A stretch of 27,518 nucleotides of DNA from a virus (lineage: Duplodnaviria > Caudoviricetes), in IMG/VR virus record IMGVR_UViG_3300031896_000088, positions 1 to 27,518 of that record. The stretch is one strand, 5' to 3'. Within the stretch, counting starts at the first letter, position 1. Every line of letters begins with the position of its first letter. Made by a program: the position numbers and the translations under genes. Under the pieces are notes generated by a model. The model saw only the letters and a program-made list of their open reading frames with translations. It did not search any database and was not told the origin of the DNA. This document shows positions 7,803 through 15,451 of the stretch, one piece after another.

Positions 7803-7924
7803 GAATGTGGCGTCAAAGCCGGTAGAACGGGATCGTCACCCTGTCCTCCCCGGCCAAGGGACGCGCTGTTCAGTCAGCTAGCCGCGTGATGCTGGGCGGT
7901 GAAGCGTCTCTGCGCCACATTCCA
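7803..7924 (+). ncRNA. Candidate ~120-nt three-way-junction RNA
   Basis: P1 GAATGTGGCG(7803-7812)/CGCCACATTC(7913-7922); P2 GCCGG(7818-7822)/CCGGC(7850-7854) with an inner stem; P3 AGGGACGC(7857-7864)/GCGTCTCT(7904-7911) plus GCTGTTCAG(7865-7873)/CTGGGCGGT(7892-7900), rich in G-U pairs. Confidence 0.55.
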
Positions 7925-7934
7925 AACCTTTGTT

Positions 7935-8140
7935 CGCGCGCGTGCCCGAGCGCGCGCCCGTCAATAAGGATCGCGCATAGCGCGCTCGGGAGGCTTTCGC
8001 GTGCGCACGTCTCCGCGCGTATACGCGCGCTATAGAAAACGTCAAGTCTTAGAAGATCTAGATCTTACGCGCGCGTGTACGCGCTCGGGCGTACGCGCTC
8101 GCCTACTATGCGCGCGCCGCGAGAGCGCGCCCGCGCGAGG
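7935..8140. repeat. CpG-rich palindrome/short-repeat tract around an AT-rich core; candidate replication origin
   Basis: Palindromes CGCGCGTATACGCGCG (8014-8029), AAGATCTAGATCTT (8053-8066), ACGCGCGCGT (8067-8076) and CGTGCGCACG (8000-8009). CGCGCTCG occurs at 7981, 8080 and 8094, and inverted within 7945-7954. Confidence 0.7.
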
Positions 8141-8157
8141 GCAGCACAAAGATCCGT

Positions 8158-8208
8158 AAAGTCCCTGCTAATCTGGGGGTAGCTTTCCGTCTCGAGATCC
8201 GGTAGGGT
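8158..8208 (+). promoter_or_regulatory. Second copy of the 22-bp box with a downstream -10-like element
   Basis: AAAGTCCCTGCTAATCTGGGGG (8158-8179) is 20/22 identical to 2069-2090; TAGGGT at 8203-8208 fits the actinobacterial TAnnnT -10. Confidence 0.55.
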
Positions 8209-8260
8209 TCTCTCTCCGCTTCACCGCACGACCGGGAGACTACGAGGCTAGGAGGCCACA

Positions 8261-9442
8261 ATGGCAGGTCGGAGAACTCAGCAGCAGCGTGAGACGAATG
8301 TGAAGAAGGGGAGCTCGCGTTCGTCTCACGGTGCTGCTGACCCTCATCCTGCCAGCGGCACTGGTCGCAGGCGGCCAGGGAGGCAGGCTGACTCCTCAAT
8401 CACTCTCCCCGAGGGTGTCAGCCTGCCTCTTCTTCGTACAAGTGAGCGCACCACCTACAAGAAGTGCGAGTTTTTGTGGTGGTTGATATACGAGAATAAG
8501 CTCCAGCCGCAAACAGAGATGCCTGCGCTTAGGTTCGGCAGTCTCGTACACAAAGCCCTGGCAGCCTACTACGTGCCTGGCGTGAAGCGCGGCGTGCATC
8601 CAGCACGTGCCTTTGAGAAAGCCTACGAAGAGGACGCAAAGCACAACAGCGAGATCTTCGGCATGCGCGTTGACGAGGAAGATCGATGGGTCAATGCGCT
8701 AGAGCTCGGCGTGGCCATGCTTGAGAACTACGTGTCTGAGTATGGCAAGGACGACCGCTGGGAAGTCCTAGTCACCGAGATGCCATTCCGTGTGCTGGTA
8801 AGCCACGAGGTACGCATAGACGCATGGCCACACAGCAAGGTCGTGCCGTGGTTCTGGTACACCGGCGTGCTGGATGGTGTGTGGCGTGATCGAATGGACA
8901 AGACTCTGTGGATCCCTGATCACAAGACGACTGCCGGCATAGGCGACAGCAAGCTGAAGTATCTACAGGTTGACGACCAGGCGGGTGCGTATTGGTCATG
9001 GGGCGTGCAGTTCTTGCGCGAGCAGGGTATGCTGGGGCCCAAGCAGCAGCTTAATGGCATGATGTACAACTTCTTACGCAAAGCCCTGCCCGACGAACGG
9101 GCAAGCAAGATCGTCAATGGTAAGCGGGTGTACGTGAACCTTGATGGGAGCATCAGCAAGAAGCAGCCATCACCGTACTTCTTGCGACAGCCGATCTTTC
9201 GTGATGAGTTCGACCGCGCCGAAGCACAGCGGCGCTCACTCATTGACCAGCATCGGCTGGAACTACTGCGCTCAGGCGAGCTAGAGATCAGCAAAAATCC
9301 CGGCATGTTCACCTGTCCGACTTGTTCAATGCGGGATGTCTGCGAGCTACACGAGACGGGCAACGACTGGAAGACGTTCCTGAAGCAGACAACAAAGCCG
9401 TGGGATCCTTACGCGGAGCATGAGGTGTACGATGGCCGGTAG
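8261..9442 (+). CDS. PD-(D/E)XK exonuclease, RecB/Cas4-like with Fe-S-type cysteines
   Basis: TSERTTYKKC, FGSLVHKALA, GVLDGV...IPDHKT, QAGAY, C-terminal CPTCSMRDVC; SD AGGAGG. Confidence 0.88.
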   Translation: MAGRRTQQQRETNVKKGSSRSSHGAADPHPASGTGRRRPGRQADSSITLPEGVSLPLLRTSERTTYKKCEFLWWLIYENKLQPQTEMPALRFGSLVHKALAAYYVPGVKRGVHPARAFEKAYEEDAKHNSEIFGMRVDEEDRWVNALELGVAMLENYVSEYGKDDRWEVLVTEMPFRVLVSHEVRIDAWPHSKVVPWFWYTGVLDGVWRDRMDKTLWIPDHKTTAGIGDSKLKYLQVDDQAGAYWSWGVQFLREQGMLGPKQQLNGMMYNFLRKALPDERASKIVNGKRVYVNLDGSISKKQPSPYFLRQPIFRDEFDRAEAQRRSLIDQHRLELLRSGELEISKNPGMFTCPTCSMRDVCELHETGNDWKTFLKQTTKPWDPYAEHEVYDGR

Positions 9443-10340
9443 ACGCGCAGCCCCACAGCGTAGGGATGCACAGTCTAATCAGTACGACATTCTTGCCGGT
9501 ATCACGCCGGTAGGTACGGGTGACTGGATACGGCTAGGATTGTACAGCTATCCTGGTTGGGGCAAGACGTCCCTGGCGGGCACAGCCGCTGAGGCAGGAC
9601 GCACGCTTATCATACACAGTAGCCTCAGCCTGCTACCGTCACGCATTCTGAAGCTGCCGAATCTAGAGCATTTCTTGGCCGACAACTGGGAGCAGATGCT
9701 TGAGGTGCAGGAATACCTACGCATGAGCCAGCATCCGTACCTGTGGGTGTGGTGGGACTGCGTCAGTATTGATCAAGACGTGCTGCTGGATGATGTTTGG
9801 GACGCTACCGTGGCTGAGAAGCCTGCTCGCGCATACCAGATCGGCGCTGATGGCAAGCCTGGTAAGCCCAATTTGTCGCCAACCAGCGGCCTCGATCGCG
9901 GTGAGTACGGCCGCAACATGGAGCGGATACAGCAATGGATCCGACACATGGTCGGTGCAAACAGCTTTCACTTCGGGGTCACATTCCACCCGCATGAAGG
10001 GCAGCATCCTACCAATGATGAGGGTGGATCACTTCTCCGTCCGTATGTGCAGGGCAGAAACATGACGGAGAAGATCTGTGGGTACATGAACATGGTCGCA
10101 TTCTTGGAGGTGATTGAAAACGACGACAAAGATCTGAAGTGGCGTCGGCTGCATGTGGCGGAGAATAGCCGATTCTATGCCAAAGATCAGTACGACGCTT
10201 TCTTGCCCAAGGGCTACACGGACAACCCAACAATACCGAAGATCATGAGGGCAATCGAGGGTGCACGTGGTAAGCCACTGGGTGGGACATACCACACCAC
10301 CAACAACGGACCACGCCGTCGTGGTCGAAGGGAGCAATAG
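9432..10340 (+). CDS. AAA_24/Sak4-like P-loop ATPase (putative recombinase)
   Basis: Walker A LYSYPGWGKT, Walker B WVWWDCVS, EYG and AKDQ motifs; located between the exonuclease and the SSB-like gene. Confidence 0.8.
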   Translation: MAGRRAAPQRRDAQSNQYDILAGITPVGTGDWIRLGLYSYPGWGKTSLAGTAAEAGRTLIIHSSLSLLPSRILKLPNLEHFLADNWEQMLEVQEYLRMSQHPYLWVWWDCVSIDQDVLLDDVWDATVAEKPARAYQIGADGKPGKPNLSPTSGLDRGEYGRNMERIQQWIRHMVGANSFHFGVTFHPHEGQHPTNDEGGSLLRPYVQGRNMTEKICGYMNMVAFLEVIENDDKDLKWRRLHVAENSRFYAKDQYDAFLPKGYTDNPTIPKIMRAIEGARGKPLGGTYHTTNNGPRRRGRREQ

Positions 10341-11224
10341 TGGCAAAATTGATCAAGTACGACGTCTCAGGCGTCGAGGAGTCAGGTGGCGGCACCGGCG
10401 TGAAGGTGAAGCCAGGACTGCGCATCGCCAAGATCGTCCGCTGCCAACAGCGCGAAGCGAAGCGGGACGGATCACCCGCCAACGATATCGAGGTCGCGCT
10501 CGACTTCGGGTCTGAGTACGACTGGGGCTTCACATACATCGGTCTCAGCGAAGCTGCCGACTGGAAGCTGGCCGAATTCGTACGCGCAGTGGGGCTCAAG
10601 GACAGAGGCCAATTCGACCCCGACAAGATGCTCGACAAGTTCGTGCGCGTCAAGGTCAACTCTGGCCAGTACGAGGGTGAGTACAGCCCGCAGATGGGCA
10701 AGTTGATGAAAGCTGTGTCTGGCGACGACGAGACGTGGGCTGAGGGCAACGGTTCAGTCAGCGAGCTCTCAGGCAGCAGCAAGAGTGGTCCCGAAGATGA
10801 CGACGACAACGGAGATGACGACGACGACGCAGCCGTCGACACCAAGACATACAGCAAAGCTGGCTTCGAGCCGTCGCGCGAGGGTGAGGAGTTCGGCTCG
10901 TACGACGACTGGACAGACGACGACTTGTACGCAGAGGCTGAGGACCGTGACCTCACCCTGCCCGGTGGTAGGGGCAGCAAGCGCAACAAGACCATTGCGG
11001 CTCTGCGCGCAGAGGACAACGCTGTGTCGGATGCGGCGGACGAAGCTGAGACCACCGAAGACGACTACGACGAGTGGGACCTCGACCAGCTGAAGGAGGA
11101 GTGGGATCAGCGTCAGCTGGGTAAGCTGCCGGCAATCCGTGGGCGTGGTGCTGAGGAGCGCATGATGGCCGCCATCATCGAGCAGCTTCGCGCCGACGAC
11201 TCCGAGAATCCATTCGACGCATAG
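10340..11224 (+). CDS. SSB-like (DUF669-type OB fold) protein with an acidic linker and two small helical repeats
   Basis: N-terminal beta pattern (PG.RIAKIV...WKLAEFVRAVG...VRVKV..YEG), long Asp tract, two YD.W..D.L..E...R.L repeats and a C-terminal NPF tail. Confidence 0.7.
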   Translation: MAKLIKYDVSGVEESGGGTGVKVKPGLRIAKIVRCQQREAKRDGSPANDIEVALDFGSEYDWGFTYIGLSEAADWKLAEFVRAVGLKDRGQFDPDKMLDKFVRVKVNSGQYEGEYSPQMGKLMKAVSGDDETWAEGNGSVSELSGSSKSGPEDDDDNGDDDDDAAVDTKTYSKAGFEPSREGEEFGSYDDWTDDDLYAEAEDRDLTLPGGRGSKRNKTIAALRAEDNAVSDAADEAETTEDDYDEWDLDQLKEEWDQRQLGKLPAIRGRGAEERMMAAIIEQLRADDSENPFDA

Positions 11225-11234
11225 ACCAAAGGCT

Positions 11235-11540
11235 ATGAGCGAGGCTTTTCGCACAGACGATATGACGCTGGCTACCGTGCTCGCTATGAGCGGACACACG
11301 TACCGGCTAGAGTCACTCGTGGGACGAACTGGTAAGCGCATCAACTGGGTGTTTTCTTGCTCCATTAGTGAGCGGCAAGATGTTGACGTCACTGTCTCAC
11401 ATTACCTGCGCGGTGAATGCAGGGTTGAGCCCAAGATGTTCGTCACACGCACGTCGCTGATCCGTGAAGAGATGTACCGGAAGATCGGTACGCCTGACAG
11501 ACGGATGCAGAGTAAGCGAGAAGCCTCGTCTCAAGCCTGA
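11235..11540 (+). CDS. DUF5659-like small protein
   Basis: FRTDDMTLATVLAMSG...WVF...Y..G...VEP..F pattern, directly upstream of the primase. Confidence 0.6.
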   Translation: MSEAFRTDDMTLATVLAMSGHTYRLESLVGRTGKRINWVFSCSISERQDVDVTVSHYLRGECRVEPKMFVTRTSLIREEMYRKIGTPDRRMQSKREASSQA

Positions 11541-11544
11541 GGCG

Positions 11545-14352
11545 ATGCCCGTCACAAAACGACAGATTCGTCTGCTTGCCCCATATCTTGAGGGCGAACA
11601 GCCGACCCATATAAACATCGACGGTACGCGGGAGTGGAACCTGAAGTGCCCGCTGCATGACGATGAGAAGCGGTCCGCCAGTCTCAACATTGAGAAGGGT
11701 GTGTTCTACTGCTTCCGTTGTGGTGGTATGCCCATCACGGCGCTGATCAGGCGCATGAGCGAGTGGCGTGAGACTGACGGTCACAGTAATGGTGATCCCG
11801 ACCTTAATGGGCAGCCTACGCCAAAGCCCACACGTCTGCTCAATGAAGGCATGATCGCAGGCTGGCACAGCGCACTGCTCAGCAACGAGAGCGCACTACA
11901 ATGGCTGCTAGAGCGGCGCGGCATCACGCTAGAGACCGTGCGTACCTACGAGATCGGTATGGAAGACAAGAAGCACTACACCATCCCGGTCCGCTCTGTC
12001 GACGGTGAGATACTCAATGTGCGTTACTACAATCCCACGCCCGGTACAGGCAGAAAGATCTGGGGTGAGCGCGGCTACAACAGCCCACCACAGCTGTATC
12101 CTTTGGCTAAGCTGAATGCCGGCCTGGACAAATACATCATCGCTGCCGGTGAATGGGACACCCTTCGCACGCTACAGGCAGGCTACAACTGTGTGACTCG
12201 TACCGCCGGTGAGAACGTGTGGCACACCGAATGGAACGAGTGGTTCAAGGGTAAAACCGTTTATGTCTGCCAAGACCGCGATGAGGAGGGACAAGCGGGC
12301 GCACGAAAGATCGCGCGAGCATTATCTGTGATGGCGGATGTGCGCCTAGTTGAGCTGCCCTATGAGTTGGTCAAGAAGCACGGCAAGGATCTGACCGACT
12401 TCTTCCTCGAGCATGAGGAGAGCGAGCTACAGACCTACCTGGACGCAGCACAGCCTTACGCGCGTGGTAAGCCAGTACCAGAGTTGCAGACAATTTCGGT
12501 GCTGGATACATTTGACTCCAAGCGTATAGGCAAGCCTGTGCGCGTTATGGTTACTATCAGAGGCAGGAAAGAGCCTGGCTACTCGGTGCCGCAGGTGATA
12601 CGGCTGGCATGTACACAAGATGCCGGCAACAAGTGTCATTCCTGCCCTCTTAACGGGCTGAATGGCGAGACAGAGATCAACGTGGCTAGCGACAACCCGA
12701 TGGTGTTGTCTATGATTGAGTCTTCGATCAATACGTTAAACCAGGTCATCGCTGAATCATTCGGCATCCCGGGAGGGAGGTGCACGAAGCTGCAGTTCGA
12801 ACACCTCGAGCATCAAGCCGTTGAGGTGCTGTATGGTAGACCAGCCCTGGACTACACCGACGGATCCGAACGCGGTCCTAGTGCTGCTGCATACAAGAAC
12901 ATCACGATCACGTCCGTGGGGAGATACGACACCGCACCGAATAACACGGTTAGTGTCATTGGAGCTCTACATCCTAATCCGCGCACGCATAACAACGAGT
13001 TCCTGGCTTCTGAACTAACGCAGATGGAAACGAGCGTTGACCGCTTTGACCTGGACGCTAAAACAATCAAGATGTTGCGTCGGTTCCAGCCTAGCAGCAT
13101 ACAGACGCCTCTCAAGAAGGTGGCCGAGATCAGTCGTGCGCTGGCTTCACATGTCACACACATACACGGACGTCCAGAGATGCATGCGCTCATGGATCTG
13201 ACGTTCCACAGCCTACTGTCTTTCAATTTTGCAGGTGAGCTCGTAGCGCGAGGGTGGCTGGAATCACTCATCATCGGTGATACGCGCACGGGCAAGAGCC
13301 TGGCAGCCGAGCGGTTGGTCCGCCACTTCGGGGGAGGCGAGATCATAAGCTGTGAGGCTGCCAGTTTTGCTGGAGTGGTGGGTGGTGTGCAGCAACTCAA
13401 TGGTAGAGAATGGGCGATCACCTGGGGTGTGGTGCCGCTCAATGACCGGCGTCTGGTGGTGATGGACGAGATCAGCGGTCTTACGCCTGAGCAGATCGGA
13501 CAAATGAGCGATATCCGTTCATCCGGGCAAGCAAAGCTGACGAAGATTCAGCAGGAGACGACGTGGGCACGTACACGGTTACTATGGCTGGGCAATCCGC
13601 GTAACGCGACGATGGCAAACTACACCTACGGCGTGGACGCTATCAAGCCGCTGATTGGCAACGCTGAGGACATCGCCCGTTTCGATCTGGCGATGGCCGC
13701 CACACTGTACGATGTACCGGCTGAGACTATCAACCAACCTGCGAGTGGTGGTGAGCTACGGTACACGGAAGAGGCGTGCCATAACATGTTGATGTGGACC
13801 TGGACGCGCACTGCCGACCAGGTGCGGTTCTATAAGCCCGCCGAAGAGCAGATCTTCAACGCAGCAAATGAGATGGGCAAGATGTACATCGAAGATCCAC
13901 CGCTTGTACAGGCAGCGAATATCCGCATCAAGATCGCACGTGTAGCGGCTGCCCTGGCTGCTCGCACATTCAGCACGGACGCTAAGGGTGAGAGCGTCAT
14001 CGTTACACCAGCGCATGTGAAAGACGCTGTGGCGTTCATGAATCTGATCTACAACATGCCGGCGTTCGGCTATCGCGAACGCTCGAAGGAGATGTTGTCT
14101 GACAGATCGGAGGCTGAGAACAACAAGGATAAGATCAGAGAGTACCTACTAGGCCGTAAGCTGTTGGCCAAGCATCTGCGTAACGCAGGAAAGTTCCGTC
14201 GTCAGGATCTCGAGGAGCTCCTCAACATCAGCCGAGACGAGGCAAACGCCATCATCAACACACTGTACGAAGCCAGAATGATACGAAGGGTGCTGGGCGA
14301 CATCTATGTCGAGCCAACACTGCATGCGCTCTTGAGGGAGGTAAAGCTGTGA
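11545..14352 (+). CDS. CHC2 zinc finger + TOPRIM primase-like region fused to an MCM-family AAA+ helicase
   Basis: CPLHDD...SAS...FYCFRCG; AAGEWD / QDRDEEG / GKDLTDFF. MCM motifs LIIGDTRTGKS, VVMDEI, ARTRLLWLGNP and arginine finger ARFDL; winged-helix-like C-terminus. Confidence 0.85.
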   Translation: MPVTKRQIRLLAPYLEGEQPTHINIDGTREWNLKCPLHDDEKRSASLNIEKGVFYCFRCGGMPITALIRRMSEWRETDGHSNGDPDLNGQPTPKPTRLLNEGMIAGWHSALLSNESALQWLLERRGITLETVRTYEIGMEDKKHYTIPVRSVDGEILNVRYYNPTPGTGRKIWGERGYNSPPQLYPLAKLNAGLDKYIIAAGEWDTLRTLQAGYNCVTRTAGENVWHTEWNEWFKGKTVYVCQDRDEEGQAGARKIARALSVMADVRLVELPYELVKKHGKDLTDFFLEHEESELQTYLDAAQPYARGKPVPELQTISVLDTFDSKRIGKPVRVMVTIRGRKEPGYSVPQVIRLACTQDAGNKCHSCPLNGLNGETEINVASDNPMVLSMIESSINTLNQVIAESFGIPGGRCTKLQFEHLEHQAVEVLYGRPALDYTDGSERGPSAAAYKNITITSVGRYDTAPNNTVSVIGALHPNPRTHNNEFLASELTQMETSVDRFDLDAKTIKMLRRFQPSSIQTPLKKVAEISRALASHVTHIHGRPEMHALMDLTFHSLLSFNFAGELVARGWLESLIIGDTRTGKSLAAERLVRHFGGGEIISCEAASFAGVVGGVQQLNGREWAITWGVVPLNDRRLVVMDEISGLTPEQIGQMSDIRSSGQAKLTKIQQETTWARTRLLWLGNPRNATMANYTYGVDAIKPLIGNAEDIARFDLAMAATLYDVPAETINQPASGGELRYTEEACHNMLMWTWTRTADQVRFYKPAEEQIFNAANEMGKMYIEDPPLVQAANIRIKIARVAAALAARTFSTDAKGESVIVTPAHVKDAVAFMNLIYNMPAFGYRERSKEMLSDRSEAENNKDKIREYLLGRKLLAKHLRNAGKFRRQDLEELLNISRDEANAIINTLYEARMIRRVLGDIYVEPTLHALLREVKL

Positions 14353-15107
14353 GAGTGGCTGTGCTAGGGTGTGGGCCTGCGGGACTGCTGTGTGCGCTCG
14401 CGGTGGAGCAGGCAGGACACACTCCTGTGATCTACAGCCGCAAGCATAAGAGCGACATACCAGGCTCGCAGCACCTACATGGGCCAGTGCTAAACGTCAC
14501 GTCACCCTACGCGGAGGGCACCATTCAGTTCATCCGCATTGGGAACGCGCGCGACTACGCGCTGAAGGTGTACGGTGACCCTGAGCGTGAGACTGGCTGG
14601 GACAACTATCTGCAGGTGTATCCGTCCTGGAATGTACAGCGTGCGTACGACAAGCTGTGGGATCATTTCGACAGACAGATACACCACATTGACGTTGATC
14701 CTGATGTCGTGCGGTTCGTGGTGAAGGACTTTGGCCCAGGACACGTCATCAGCACCCTGCCTGCGCAGGAGATCTGCATCAACCAAGGTCATCGCTTTGA
14801 CGGGCAGCGATACTACATCAAGACGCTGCCCACTCCGGAAGCAGATCGAGAGCACGAGATCGTCGTCTACAATGGCATGCTAGAAGATCACTGGTACCGC
14901 TGGTCGATTCTTGGTGGCAAGTGCACCATCGAGAGCACGCAGCCATTTCCGGGCGAGGAAGTCGTCACCGGCTACAAAGCGGTGAACAATGACTGTGACT
15001 GCTTCCAGGATTACGTCCACCGCTGCGGCAGGTGGGCGGAGTGGCGTCACGGTGTCACCATGTACAATGCATACAACAAGGCGGGGGAGATCGCGAGGAA
15101 CCTATGA
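14349..15107 (+). CDS. FAD/NAD(P)-binding oxidoreductase- or mutase-like protein
   Basis: N-terminal Rossmann motif VAVLGCGPAGLLCA, ISTLP, and C-terminal GRWAEW (compare GR.aeY of UDP-galactopyranose mutase-type flavoproteins). Confidence 0.8.
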   Translation: MRVAVLGCGPAGLLCALAVEQAGHTPVIYSRKHKSDIPGSQHLHGPVLNVTSPYAEGTIQFIRIGNARDYALKVYGDPERETGWDNYLQVYPSWNVQRAYDKLWDHFDRQIHHIDVDPDVVRFVVKDFGPGHVISTLPAQEICINQGHRFDGQRYYIKTLPTPEADREHEIVVYNGMLEDHWYRWSILGGKCTIESTQPFPGEEVVTGYKAVNNDCDCFQDYVHRCGRWAEWRHGVTMYNAYNKAGEIARNL

Positions 15108-15451
15108 CCGGAGAACACTTGCAGCAAGTCATTCAGACATTCGGGCGAGGTACGCTCGTCACCAGTGACGTGGGCGACTACTTCGATGTGGTACGTGATG
15201 CGTACAACGTACACCTGGATCGTGAGGAGATCAGGTGTGGGCTGTGGAAAGAGTACACAGCTATGGACCAAGTCAACACAATGCGCTTGAAAGTCGACCG
15301 TGTAGTGCGCTCACTCGAGAGACTCGAGATCATGCGCAATGGCGACCAAGATGGCTTAGCAGAGTTGATCGAGCAGCTGACCTTCAGCACAGCAAGTGAG
15401 CTACATGACATCATCAACTATGCGAATTTCGCGGTGAGGCAACTTGGCTGA
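15104..15451 (+). CDS. DUF1599/nucleotide-modification-associated, MazG-like all-alpha protein
   Basis: ATGA overlap; MRLKVDRV...ELHDIINYANF resembles the K..R...D.L.DlaNYa pattern. Confidence 0.6.
   Translation: MTGEHLQQVIQTFGRGTLVTSDVGDYFDVVRDAYNVHLDREEIRCGLWKEYTAMDQVNTMRLKVDRVVRSLERLEIMRNGDQDGLAELIEQLTFSTASELHDIINYANFAVRQLG

Noticed and set aside
7803-7924. tRNA, 5S rRNA or hammerhead identity for the structured RNA
   Set aside because: No TTCGA T-loop or cloverleaf, no 5S CCGAAC loop and no CUGANGA/GAAA core.
8106-8399. 97-aa minus-strand ORF running into the CpG tract
   Set aside because: It overlaps the exonuclease start and putative promoter, is low in complexity and has no convincing SD.
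8261-9442. Cas4 as evidence for a CRISPR-Cas system
   Set aside because: No repeat-spacer array or other cas genes are present; the context is a standard phage exonuclease-ATPase-SSB module.
10795-10830. GAC/GAT trinucleotide repeats
   Set aside because: Fully explained by the poly-Asp linker of the SSB-like protein.
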